From Yuukianura sp. NJ FZ-2021 (lineage: Eukaryota), in the NCBI GenBank assembly GCA_046563655.1, contig JAJCTO010000009.1, forward strand, positions 806,001 to 870,000: DNA of 64,000 bases. Reading direction: 5' to 3'. Positions 15,001-27,750 of the stretch are shown in pieces. Position numbers and translations under genes: made by a program. The notes under the pieces are model-generated. The model was not told the DNA's origin and searched no databases. It worked only from the letters and a program-made list of their open reading frames with translations. Every line of letters begins with the position of its first letter. Positions within the stretch are counted from its first letter, which is position 1.

Positions 15001-18000
15001 TTGTTGTCAGCCTTCATCTTTGAGCACAAAGGAGAAGTGCCGGTGAAATGACAAGCTCGCCCTCACTACAAATACCAACCAGTACTCATTTTGACACCAT
15101 GATACACAATGACTCAGACGGCAACTGAACTTCAGGGGAAATCCCATTATTACATTTTCTAAATCAAAATCGAACATTCAGCATTATTTGTTATTTTGAT
15201 TAAAATTTTAGGAAATACTTTTTTATGTCATACTACCACCTTGCACTTCCAATAAAGCACACCTGAAAAACTGGTGTTCAACACTAATCTGGAATTATAT
15301 TTTAGCCCAACTCCACTATGCAACAAGTGCATAAATCCGACTGTCATTTTGGTATAAACTAATGTGGGAACAATACAACGAAGTTTTAAACATACCGAAA
15401 AATGGAATTTATGCCTTGTTATCGCTTATAACCATCTTCATGGAACGCATCTAATACCGGTCCACTTTGTCGTAGTGCATCAACGACTATTACACACGGT
15501 GAACCACTTGTTGTCAGCCTTCATCTTTGAGCTCAAAGGAGAAGTGCCGGTGAAATGACAAGCGCGACCTCACTACAAATACCAACCAGTACTCATTTTG
15601 ACACCATGATACACAATGACTCCGACGGCAATGGAACTTCAGGGGAAATCCCATTATTACATTTTCTAAATCAAAATCGAACATTCCGCATTATTTGTTA
15701 TTTTGATTAAAATTGTTAGGAAAGACTTTTTTATGTCATACTACCACCTTGCACTTCCAACAAAACACACCTGAATAACTGGTGCTCAACACTAATCTGG
15801 AATTATGTTTTAGCCCAACTCCACTATGCAACAAGTGCATAAATCTAACTGTCATTTTGGTATAAACTAATGTGGGAACTATACAACGAAGTTTTAAACA
15901 TACCGAAAAATGGAATTTATGCCTTGTTATCGCTTATAACCATCTTCATGGAACGCATCTAATACCGGTCCACTTTGTCGTAGTGCATCAACGACTATTA
16001 CACACGGTGAACCACTTGTTGTCAGCCTTCATCTTTGAGCTCAAAGGAGAAGTGCCGGTGAAATGACAAGCGCGACCTCACTACAAATACCAACCAGTAC
16101 TCATTTTGACACCATGATACACAATGACTCCGACGGCAATGGAACTTCAGGGGATCCCATTATTACATTTTCTAAATCAAAATCGAACATTCCGCATTAT
16201 TTGTTATTTTGATTAAAATTGTTAGGAAAGACTTTTTTATGTCATACTACCACCTTGCACTTCCAACAAAACACACCTGAATAACTGGTGTTCAACACTA
16301 ATCTGGAATTATGTTTTAGCCCAACTCCACTATGCAACAAGTGCATAAATCTAACTGTCATTTTGGTATAAACTAATGTGGGAACTATACAACGAAGTTT
16401 TAAACATACCGAAAAATGGAATTTATGCCTTGTTATCGCTTATAACCATGTTCATGGAACGCATCTAATACCGGTCCACTTTGTCGTTGTGCATCAAAGA
16501 CTATTACACACGGTGAACCACTTGTTGTCAGCCTTCATCTTCGAGCACAAAGGAGAAGTGCCGGTGAAATGACAAGCTCGCCCTCACTACAAATACCAAC
16601 CAGTACTCATTTTGACACCATGATACACAATGACTCAGACGGCAACTGAACTTCAGGGGAAATCCCATTATTACGTTTTCTAAATCAAAATCGAACATTC
16701 AGCATTAATTGTTATTTTGATTAAAAGTTTTAGGAAATACTTTTTTATGTCATACTACCACCTTGCACTTCCAATAAAGCACACCTGAAAAACTGGTGTT
16801 CAACACTAATCTGGAATTATATTTTAGCCCAACTCCACTATGCAACAAGTGCATAAATCCGACTGTCATTTTGGTATTAACTAATGTGGGAACAATACAA
16901 CGAAGTTTTAAACATACCGAAAAATGGAATTTATGCCTTGTTATCGCTTATAACCATCTTCATGGAACGCATCTAATACCGGTCCACTTTGTCGTAGTGC
17001 ATCAACGACTATTACACACGGTGAACCACTTGTTGTCAGCCTTCATCTTTGAGCTCAAAGGAGAAGTGCCGGTGAAATGACAAGCGCGACCTCACTACAA
17101 ATACCAACCAGTACTCATTTTGACACTATGAATCACAATGACTCAGACGGCAACTGAACTTCAGGGAAATCCCATTATTACATTTTCTAAATCAAAATCG
17201 AACATTCAGCATTATTTGTTATTTTGATTAAAATTTTTAGAAAATACTTTTTTATGTCATACTACCACCTTGCACTTCCAATAAAGCACACCTGAAAAAC
17301 TGGTGTTCAACACTAATCTGGAATTATATTTTAGCCCAACTCCACTATGCAACAAGTGCATAAATCTAACTGTCATTTTGGTATAAACTAATGTGGGAAC
17401 TATACAACGAAGTTTTAAACATACCGAAAAATGGAATTTATGCCTTGTTATCGCTTATAACCATCTTCATGGAACGCATCTAATACCGGTCCACTTTGTC
17501 GTAGTGCATCAACGACTATTACACACGGTGAACCACTTGTTGTCAGCCTTCATCTTTGAGCTCAAAGGAGAAGTGCCGGTGAAATGACAAGCGCGACCTC
17601 ACTACAAATACCAACCAGTACTCATTTTGACACCATGATACACAATGACTCCGACGGCAATGGAACTTCAGGGGATCCCATTATTACATTTTCTAAATCA
17701 AAATCGAACATTCCGCATTATTTGTTATTTTGATTAAAATTGTTAGGAAAGACTTTTTTATGTCATACTACCACCTTGCACTTCCAACAAAACACACCTG
17801 AATAACTGGTGCTCAACACTAATCTGGAATTATGTTTTAGCCCAACTCCACTATGCAACAAGTGCATAAATCTAACTGTCATTTTGGTATAAACTAATGT
17901 GGGAACTATACAACGAAGTTTTAAGCATACCGAAAAATGGAATTTATGCCTTGTTATCGCTTATAACCATGTTCATGGAACGCATCTAATACCGGTCCAC

Positions 18001-21000
18001 TTTGTTGTAGTGCATCAACGACTATTACACACGGTGAACCACTTGTTGTCAGCCTTCATCTTTGGGCACAAAGGAGAAGTGCCGGTGAAATGACAAGCTC
18101 GCCCTCACTGCAGATACCAACCAGTACTCATTTTGACACCATGATACACAATGACTCAGACGGCAACTGAACTTCAGGGGAAATCCCATTATTACGTTTT
18201 CTAAATCAAAATCGAACATTCAGCATTAATTGTTATTTTGATTAAAAGTTTTAGGAAATACTTTTTTATGTCATACTACCACCTTGCACTTCCAACAAAA
18301 CACACCTGAATAACTAACTGGTGCTCAACACTAATCTGGAATTATGTTTTAGCCCAACTCCACTATGCAACAAGTGCATAAATCTAACTGTCATTTTGGT
18401 ATAAACTAATGTGGGAACTATACAACGAAGTTTTAAACATACCGAAAAATGGAATTTATGCCTTGTTATCGCTTATAACCATGTTCATGGAACGCATCTA
18501 ATACCGGTCCACTTTGTCGTAGTGCATCAACGACTATTACACACGGTGAACCACTTGTTGTCAGCCTTCATCTTTGAGCACAAAGGAGAAGTGCCGGTGA
18601 AATGACAAGCTCGCCCTCACTACAGATACCAACCAGTACTCATTTTGACACCATGATACACAATGACTCAGACGGCAACTGAACTTCAGGGGAAATCCCA
18701 TTATTACGTTTTCTAAATCAAAATCGAACATTCCGCAGTGTTTGTTATTTTGATTAAAATTGTTAGGAAAGACTTTTTTATGTCATACTACCACCTTGCA
18801 CTTTCAATAAAGCACACCTGAGTAACTGATGTTCAACAATAATCAAGAATTATATTTTAGCCCAACTCCACTATGCAACAAATGCATTAATCTAACCGTC
18901 ATTTAGGTTTAACTAATGTGTGAACAATACAACGAAATTTTAAACATACTGAAAAATGGAATTTATGCCTTGTTATCGTTTATAACCATCTTCATGGAAC
19001 GCATCTAATACCGGTCCACTTTGTTGTAGTGCATCAACGACTATTACACACGGTGAACCACTTGTTGTCAGCCTTCATCTTTGAGCTCAAAGGAGAAGTG
19101 CCGGTGAAATGACAAGCTCGCCCTCACTACAAATACCAACCAGTACTCATTTTGACACCATGAATCACAATGACTCCGACGGCAATTTAGCTTCAGGGGA
19201 TCCCATTATTACATTTTCTAAATCAAAATCGAACATTCCGCATTATTTGTTATTTTGATTAAAATTGTTAGGAAAGACTTTTTATGTCATACTACCACCT
19301 TGCACTTCCAATAAAGCACACCTGAATAACTGTTGTTCAACAATAATCTGGAATTATATTTTAGCCCAACTCCACATTGCAACAAGTGCATAAATCTAAC
19401 CGTCATTTAGGTTTAACTGTGTGAACTATACAACGAAATTTTAAACATACTGAAAAATGGAATTTATGCCTTGTTATTGCTTATAACGTCTTCATGGAAC
19501 GCATCTAATACCGGTCCACTTTGTCGTAGTGCATCAACGACTATTACACACGGTGAACCACTTGTTGTCAGCCTTCATCTTTGAGCTCAAAGGAGAAGTG
19601 CCGGTGAAATGACAAGCTCGCCCTCACTACAGATACCAACCAGTACTCATTTTGACACTATGAATCACAATGACTCAGACGGCAACTGAACTTCAGGGGA
19701 ATCCCATTATTACATTTTCTAAATCAAAATCGAACATTCAGCATTATTTGTTATTTTGATTAAAATTTTTAGAAAATACTTTTTTATGTCATACTACCAC
19801 CTTGCACTTCCAATAAAGCACACCTGAATAACTGGTGCTCAACACTAATCTGGAATTATATTTTAGCCCAAATCACTATGCAACAAGTGCTTAAATCTAA
19901 CTGTCATTTTGGTATAAACTAATGTGGGAACTATACAACGAAGTTTTAAACATACCGAAAAATGGAATTTATGCCTTGTTATCGCTTATAACCATCTTCA
20001 TGGAACGCATCTAATACCGGTCCACTTTGTCGTAGTGCATCAACGACTATTACACACGGTGAACCACTTGTTGTCAGCCTTCATCTTTGAGCTCAAAGGA
20101 GAAGTGCCGGTGAAATGACAAGCTCGCCCTCACTACAAATACCAACCAGTACTCATTTTGACACCATGAATCACAATGACTCCGACGGCAATTTAACTTC
20201 AGGAGATCCCATTATTACATTTTCTAAATCAAAATCGAACATTCCGCATTATTTGTTATTTTGATTAAAATTTTTAGGAAATACTTTTTTATGTCATACT
20301 ACCACCTTGCACTTCCAATAAAGCACACCTGAGTAACTGGTGTTCAACAATTAATCTGGAATTATATTTTAGCCCAACTACACTGTGCAACAAGTGCATA
20401 AATCTAACCGTCATTTAGGTTTAACTAATGTGTGAACTATACAACGAAATTTTAAACATAATGAAAAATGGAATTTATGCCTTGTTATCGCTTATAACCA
20501 TCTTCATGGAACGCATCTAATACCGGTCCACTTTGTCGTAGTGCATCAACGAATATTATACACGGTGAACCACTTGTTGTCAGCCTTCATCTTTGAGCAC
20601 AAAGGAGAAGTGCCGGTGAAATGACAAGCTCGCCCTCACTACAGATACCAACCAGTACTCATTTTGACACTATGAATCACAATGACTCAGACGGCAACTG
20701 AACTTCAGGGGAAATCACATTATTACATTTTCTAAAGCAAAATCGAACATTCAGCATTATTTGTTATTTTGATTAAAATTTTTAGGAAATACTTTTTTAT
20801 GTCATACTACCACCTTGCACTTCCAATAAAGCACACCTGAATAACTGGTGTTCAACAATAATCTGGAATTATATTTTAGCCCAACTCCACCTTGCAACAA
20901 GTGCATAAATCTAACTGTCATTTTGGTATAAACTAATGTGGGAACTATACAACGAAGTTTTAAACATACTGAAAAGTGGAATTTATGCCTTGTTATCGCT

Positions 21001-22424
21001 TATAACCATCTTCATGGAACGCATCTAATACCGGTCCTTTTTGTTGTAGTGCATCAACGACTATTACACACGGTGAACCACTTGTTGTCAGCCTTCATCT
21101 TTGGGCACAAAGGAGAAGTGCCGGTGAAATGACAAGCTCGCCCTCACTGCAGATACCAACCAGTACTCATTTTGACACTATGAATCACAATGACTCAGAC
21201 GGCAACTGAACTTCAGGGGAAATCCCATTATTAAGTTTTCTAAATCAAAATCGAACATTCAGCATTATTTGTTATTTTGATTAAAATTTTTAGAAAATAC
21301 TTTTTTATGTCATACTACCACCTTGCACTTCCAATAAAGCACACCTGAAAAACTGGTGTTCAACACTAATCTGGAATTATATTTTAGCCCAACTCCACTA
21401 TGCAACAAGTGCATAAATCTGACTGTCATTTTGGTATAAACTAATGTGGGAACTATACAACGAAGTTTTAAACATACCGAAAAATGGAATTTATGCCTTG
21501 TTATCGCTTATAACCATCTTCATGGAACGCATCTAATACCGGTCCACTTTGTTGTAGTGCATCAACGACTATTACACACGGTGAACCACTTGTTGTCAGC
21601 CTTCATCTTTGGGCACAAAGGAGAAGTGCCGGTGAAATGACAAGCTCGCCCTCACTGCAGATACCAACCAGTACTCATTTTGACACTATGAATCACAATG
21701 ACTCAGACGGCAACTGAACTTCAGGGGAAATCCCATTATTAAGTTTTCTAAATCAAAATCGAACATTCAGCATTATTTGTTATTTTGATTAAAATTTTTA
21801 GAAAATACTTTTTTATGTCATACTACCACCTTGCACTTCCAATAAAGCACACCTGAAAAACTGGTGTTCAACACTAATCTGGAATTATATTTTAGCCCAA
21901 CTCCACTATGCAACAAGTGCATAAATCTGACTGTCATTTTGGTATAAACTAATGTGGGAACTATACAACGAAGTTTTAAACATACCGAAAAATGGAATTT
22001 ATGCCTTGTTATCGCTTATAACCATCTTCATGGAACGCATCTAATACCGGTCCACTTTGTCGTAGTGCATCAACGACTATTACATACGGTGAACCACTTG
22101 TTGTCAGCCTTCATCTTTGAGCTCAAAGGAGAAGTGCCGGTGAAATGACAAGCGCGACCTCACTACAAATACCAACCAGTACTCATTTTGACACCATGAT
22201 ACACAATGACTCCGACGGCAATGGAACTTCAGGGGATCCCATTATTACATTTTCTAAATCAAAATCGAACATTCCGCATTATTTGTTATTTTGATTAAAA
22301 TTGTTAGGAAAGACTTTTTTATGTCATACTACCACCTTGCACTTCCAACAAAACACACCTGAATAACTAACTGGTGCTCAACACTAATCTGGAATTATGT
22401 TTTAGCCCAACTCCACTATGCAAC
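1..22424. repeat. Tandem satellite array, ~506-508 bp monomer, about 44 copies (continues left of window)
   Basis: The same unit recurs throughout (e.g. TGAAAAATGGAATTTATGCCTTG...CTCACTAC). Recurrent ORF starts at 685, 1699, 3218, 5750, 8281, 8787 fall at multiples of ~506. Confidence 0.98.
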
Positions 22425-22857
22425 TGTGACCTCCCAGCCAGGGTGAACCTGGACATGGGTCACACACGTCGCCGCTTGGTCGGCGGTCTACTGGTTCGTC
22501 GACCTCTGTGCCCAGGTCCGAACACCACCGAAGTGGCGCAGGCCCTGGGTGCCAGCTCTAAGAATCGTGGCTGAGGAATATGGCTGAACGCTGTCACAAG
22601 GAAAGTCGTAGACGAAGGCAAAGTGTGGCTACGTTCCTTTATTGTCTCTAGAACCTCCCTACTCCAGTGACTGGACTCCGCCGTGACTCTCGGTCGGAAG
22701 AGGAACCATCTGGAAGATAGTTCCTCCTCGACCAAGCGCTCATCACTCACTGACTGACCATCGGGATATGACTGAGAACCTAGCCTCATCCCGAGTGCCG
22801 TCACACACCTCTGCTTGGAGACAAAGTGAGGAATCCCGCCCGGCGGGGTTACTCACA
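22425..22857 (-). repeat. 3' LTR (433 bp)
   Basis: TGTGACCTCC...TTACTCACA. I could see 4 substitutions versus the other LTR. Minus-strand AATAAA at 22638-22643. Confidence 0.96.
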
Positions 22858-22865
22858 TATTCCCC
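22858..22865 (-). promoter_or_regulatory. Short polypurine tract
   Basis: Minus strand GGGGAATA directly abutting the TGT of the 3' LTR. Confidence 0.65.
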
Positions 22866-23599
22866 GGGTCACGGCGAAATTCCTGTCAAGGAATTTGAAC
22901 AGAGTCTGTTTACAAATGTCATTGCTCAATATGCTAACATTTTGGTGTTTTTATGTGTTTTTTGACTATTTGCTATTAGACTAAGATTCGTACAACATTC
23001 AAATAATATATATGTCAATACAATGTTGGATTACAGGATATGTATGTTACTACATAGCTACTAATAGATTACGAACATAGAAGGAAAAAGTTTTAAAAGT
23101 TGTAAGCACATGCATACTACTGTCAAATGATGTTATATTATATTGTATCGAGAATGTATGAATTAAAGAGAGAAAAAATAGATAACGTGAATAGGGTAAG
23201 TGTTAGTACTGACAATGAATTACTTAAACCGGACAGAGAAAAAACATTGTATAAGACGTAATAAAGAAAAGCAAAGTATTGTGAAACATGAAAGAAAAAA
23301 TTCAAGGATTGGAAATAAATCTACACTAAATTAGAGCTATATGTGTGTGTTTTACTTTTCGAAAACTGTTTGTTTACGATTGATGGATTTCTCGGTTATC
23401 AGTAGGGTACCCACAAGTGTCCAACCCCATTTTTAAGTATGCTTTGTGGATTTTGTTTTTTTTTGTATATTTGTTGAGCGGTTGATTGTGGATGGTTAGA
23501 ACAAGGATAGAGCAGGTTAGGTTGTGTTCTTAAAAGAAATTAGATGAAGAAATTGGTCGTTGGATGGATCCGCAGATCACGAAAGAGCGGCGGTAGTGA

Positions 23600-24242
23600 G
23601 TTCTAGTTCTTGATATACCCGTTGCTACTTTGCTCAGTTAAATTCTGGAGGAAGGTTCCTTCCACTTGATATGACGAGGGATATGTGGAAGGATTGTGGT
23701 TTGGGAAACTGGTTCGGGGTCTTTGTATGTGAGACGAATTTGAGAGTTTGGGTTCAGAACGTTGGTCTTTCGTTAGGTGTCGGATCTGCGAAGATATGAA
23801 CAGAGCGGCGTGCTGCATTTAACGGCAGTGTCAATCGTATCCACCGTTGACTAATCAAGCTGCACGGTCTCTTCTATTGTAGACACGCCAAATAACTATT
23901 CCGATGGACGAATATCGCAGGTGACAGAATGACAGTGGAATGGTAACTGTCTACAACCTGAAACAAAGCCAAGCGCTCAGAGAGGGACTATTGGTAATAG
24001 GTCCAAGTCGTGGACGCAATTCGAGTCGGAGTAACAAGTTCAGGCAATCAGCATGTATGCGTTGCTGGAAGTCGAAAAGTAAACGATCCAACGTAGGAGT
24101 CACAGAGTTAGAATGTAGGTGGCTTCGGAGTTAAAGATGAAAAGTAGACACGATGTAAGGCTTCATCATCGGCGGAAGGAAACGCACAATTGATCATGGA
24201 GATGTCGAGAAGAAGGATTATCTCGACGAGTAGAAGTCGCAT
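23600..24242 (-). pseudogene. Possible env-like third ORF remnant
   Basis: Minus-strand reading from ATG 24242 gives MRLLLVEIILLLDISMINCAF...TF*LCDSYVGSFTFRLPATHTC*. Hydrophobic N-terminus and Cys motif in the env position, with several stops. Confidence 0.35.
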
Positions 24243-25039
24243 GTTGTTGACGCTGCCTTGCGATGATACAATTGTAAATGAAAAAGGTTTAGACTAAGTT
24301 GATAATTTTGACTTAAATTATGAACATTCACACTAGAGAGTGAGATACGAGCTAAAACTAAAACCAAAATGCTTGTTGCCAACTCAAAACTTGGAATAGG
24401 TAAGGCGATCTGGTGTTTTAGTGATCCTACGTGGTCGCGTTCTTTCTAACAACTCAGAAAACTCTGTTGCTCAGATTTACGAGGAGTGGAGCCCGGATAT
24501 ACACGAGGTAAGTTTAGGAGGAAGAGAAGGTAACTCTGGAAACATTGGAAGGGCGTGCGACCATTTTTCTGACCATATTTCTGTGTGAAGGTCAAACTCA
24601 ACAGGTTTCCGCTCAATACTGGGTAACGGAGCGTCTAATGGCGCCAATGCTGAGCAGCGTACCTCCTTCTGAAACCCACATTTCTCAGTTTGCAAAAAAG
24701 TTAAAATTCGGTCATAATGCTTTGATTGCGGCAAAATGTGCATCAGAACCGCAAAAATGGAAATGTACATTCGATGGTGCATCGAAGAAGGCAATACGGA
24801 GAAAGAAAACACTCCTCCCAGCCTTCCCCAATAATAGTAGCATCGGTAGACAATAAATTGCCTCGAGTATTTCCAGAGATTAACCGGACTTGATAACAGA
24901 TGAATAAAAGACACCTCCGACTGATTAATTGCGCCTAAGTGTCATTAGATTTGTTAATATTTTACGTTATAGGGTTGACGGAATTAATCGGAATAATATC
25001 AGTAAATTTATGCGCCAAACAAATTGATTAAAATTTGTG

Positions 25040-26402
25040 CATCAGTACTTGGGCTCTTGCGGTATAGAATTGGTTTTTGCGTTGTTGCTCCGCAATCTCA
25101 GTCTGAATTTGCGACCCTAATGCTTGCAACGCTTCTTGTTTCGTTTCGGAAGTCCCGATTGTTAATCACCGCAACATAAATGTAATAAGCGAATCCAAAT
25201 AAAAATAATCTACACAAAATCGATTTGGGACTAAATCTTTGTCTGAAAAGTAGAAGTACATGGTACCATTCATTGTGTTTTAGTAATTTTTTAATTTGTT
25301 ATTATCGAATGACGGCATTTCCGTTGTTCGACGGGACGGTTGGCTTTGAAGGTATGGGCATTACTCTGAGGAATTACGTGGGCATAGTGTAATTAGTACT
25401 TAGGTTACATTGGTGAGAAGGATATAGTATAATTTCGCCAATGTGTCTCTTGTAGGCAAAAATATCGTTGAACTCAACCAAAAGTTCCTGTAACTGAGCC
25501 TTTGGTCTGGTTCCGACTCGGGATTTATTCTCAGTAATGTCCGATTGCTGTGATAGTTCATTACGTTCTCATGTTAGGTTAAAAATACTAAAGTTGGTAA
25601 ATTTTTTAATCTGCTTCTTGTTCTGCCGTACTTGGGTCGATTACCTCCGATATGTGATGATGATTTATCAACGTGTGTAGACCGTGTGGATACTGTATTT
25701 CACTGGGGAGGTGAGGACCTTCGCGCCAGTGCTCCTTCGTACCATGGCCACTGATACCGAAGAAGGTTTCATTGCATATCTCATTGCAATCTTCCCGGGG
25801 TTTAACTCTTCGCTATACTCTGACAAATCTGACTCAGGGACCCTTGTATGAATCAAATTCGGAGTTTCAGCGGGACTCTCGATTAACTCATTGAAATGCT
25901 CCATGTCATCGTTAGTGTATGTCATCATGCTCATGTTCGTTTCGAAAACGTGTAGGTTGGGCATTACAGGTCGACCAAGTCCTATTTCCGCCGAAACAAA
26001 ACTTTGGGAACACCAACCCACACTATTTCGATTTGGCGCCGAGGGAGAACAAAAGCATGGGAGTAAGAGGGACAGCCTGGGCTGTGTAATCTTCTTTTGT
26101 GGTATCGTAAATGTATATACAGCACAACAGAATAAAATTCTACCATCGTGTGTTGTGCCTTCCCAATTAATAGCTAAACGGTCGAAATCGATTATGCCAC
26201 GTTGATTCCGAAGAAAATCGGCTCCCAAAAGTACTTGTAGAGCAAAATCTTGCAACATTATTGTATGATCTGGCGACTGAATATAGTTAGATTTAACGAA
26301 AGTGGAATTGACTAAGCTTATTCCCGCTCCTGTATTTAACCTAATTTGCGGTGAGCGTTCTACGACATAACCACATACCTTCAAAAGACCATTTGTGCCC
26401 AT
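25040..26402 (-). pseudogene. pol: Degenerate gypsy pro/pol remnant (protease, start of RT), largely deleted
   Basis: LNTGAGISLV (catalytic DTG mutated to NTG) and VLLGADFL protease motifs. LQELLVEFNDIF near 25470. RT motif RFCVDY at 25205-25222. No YxDD, RNase H or integrase core found. Confidence 0.75.
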
Positions 26403-26550
26403 TTTTAAAACAAAAAGCGATGTCGGATAGAGATGTGTAAATGTGGGAATGGTGACATAATACGAGGCGAGTTGATCGTGATTGTGGTGGTTAAGGGGAG
26501 TAACTGGTGTTCAAGGATTCTACGACTGGATCGGATTTGCGGCTCGTCAC

Positions 26551-27750
26551 TTATGTCAAGAACGGATGGGCGTTGGCCGCTGTCTCCATCCACTGACCGT
26601 TTTTTGGCTGAGCACGGCACTCTGCGTCGCCGTGTGTCGCGGATTGATGCAATGAGCACCATACACCGGTTTCAGTTAGGTTGCGCCCAGAAGCTGCACT
26701 CTCTCCACAATTTTGCTGTTGTAATATGAATGTTTGCATTTGCTCGATGATTCGTCCGAATTTGTCTAATTGTTCTGTCTGTGCCACCAGAACAGCTGGA
26801 GCTTGGGTCATAACATTGACATCTTTTTGGTGTAAAAGTAATTCGTTCGTTTCTTCTATGGATTTTAACGCTTTTAAGAATTCGTCAATGGTTTTAGGTT
26901 TGTGGATGCCCAATGCAGTTAAGTTGGATGGTCGTAGGTTACGTATTAACCAACGTACTTGGCGCGATTCAGGCATATCCGGATCCATCAGACGAAGAAG
27001 GTTGGTCAGATTGTAAGTGTATTCCGTAGCGGATTCATTCAAGTGTTGTCGTCGATTGATAACTTTTTGTTCAGCTGACATCGTACTGCTGTTTCCAAAC
27101 GCTTTAATCAGAGCTTGTTCCACCATATTGTAGTCAACCAAAAGGGCCGAGGCCGGAGGCGATGTGGAACATCGGGTTGATTCCAAAAAAGAGAAAAGCC
27201 AATCTTCAGCCGTACCGGTCAAATGATTACTCAGCAAAATCGGCCACTCCGACTTCGGGATGGAGTTCCCGGTCATGGCCAATTGAAACTTGGTCAGATA
27301 ACGCACAACATCTTCTTCGGGTTTGCCGCTGAACGTTGGTACTTTAATTTTATAGTATGTGGTTTTCGATTCGGACTTAGAACCGCCCGTCGGTGTTGCT
27401 TGGGACATATTGATGGGAAGACTGGCTGAAAATTTCAACGGTGTCGTAGGTAATTGTGAGGAAGTGGGGATGTGCGAAGGTAATTTACTACCGCTGATGG
27501 CAGATGGAGGGATCACTTGAGGGAGAGGTAGCGGTGAAGGGATATATGGTGGTGGATTGGTGGGATTAAGCGACGCTTGTGACTTGGGTTTCGGGAGAGG
27601 TGGGGCGGTAGGAATGGAAGACGGCAGGACTACTCGAGGCTGTAAGTTCAGTTTCCCCTGGTGTTGTGAAAATCCGGGAGTTTGTAATTGCTCGGTTTCA
27701 GGATTAGGAGGAGGCGATTGGGCGGAGGACCGTGTTGTTATCTTTGGCAT
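26551..27750 (-). CDS. gag: Ty3/gypsy-type Gag (capsid plus Cys/His knuckle), 399 aa, open
   Basis: Pro/Ser-rich N-terminus, KVPTFSGKPEEDV, RRQHLNESATEY...LIRNLRP capsid-type motifs, C-terminal WCSLHQSATHGDAEC. Confidence 0.85.
   Translation of the reverse strand: MPKITTRSSAQSPPPNPETEQLQTPGFSQHQGKLNLQPRVVLPSSIPTAPPLPKPKSQASLNPTNPPPYIPSPLPLPQVIPPSAISGSKLPSHIPTSSQLPTTPLKFSASLPINMSQATPTGGSKSESKTTYYKIKVPTFSGKPEEDVVRYLTKFQLAMTGNSIPKSEWPILLSNHLTGTAEDWLFSFLESTRCSTSPPASALLVDYNMVEQALIKAFGNSSTMSAEQKVINRRQHLNESATEYTYNLTNLLRLMDPDMPESRQVRWLIRNLRPSNLTALGIHKPKTIDEFLKALKSIEETNELLLHQKDVNVMTQAPAVLVAQTEQLDKFGRIIEQMQTFILQQQNCGESAASGRNLTETGVWCSLHQSATHGDAECRAQPKNGQWMETAANAHPFLT

Noticed and set aside
1..22424. 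Hammerhead ribozyme, tRNA, 5S or snRNA inside the monomer
   Set aside because: No CUGANGA core on either strand, no convincing A/B boxes or cloverleaf, no similarity I recognise. A covariance-model search was not possible.
22374..22965. ORFs of 65-114 aa over the LTRs (also 32690-33237)
   Set aside because: They lie in or cross the boundaries of GC-rich LTR sequence and have no recognisable domain.
24477..24914. 145 aa minus-strand ORF as an extra LTR-element gene
   Set aside because: Non-ATG start, no motif, and surrounded by decayed sequence. Cannot be supported.
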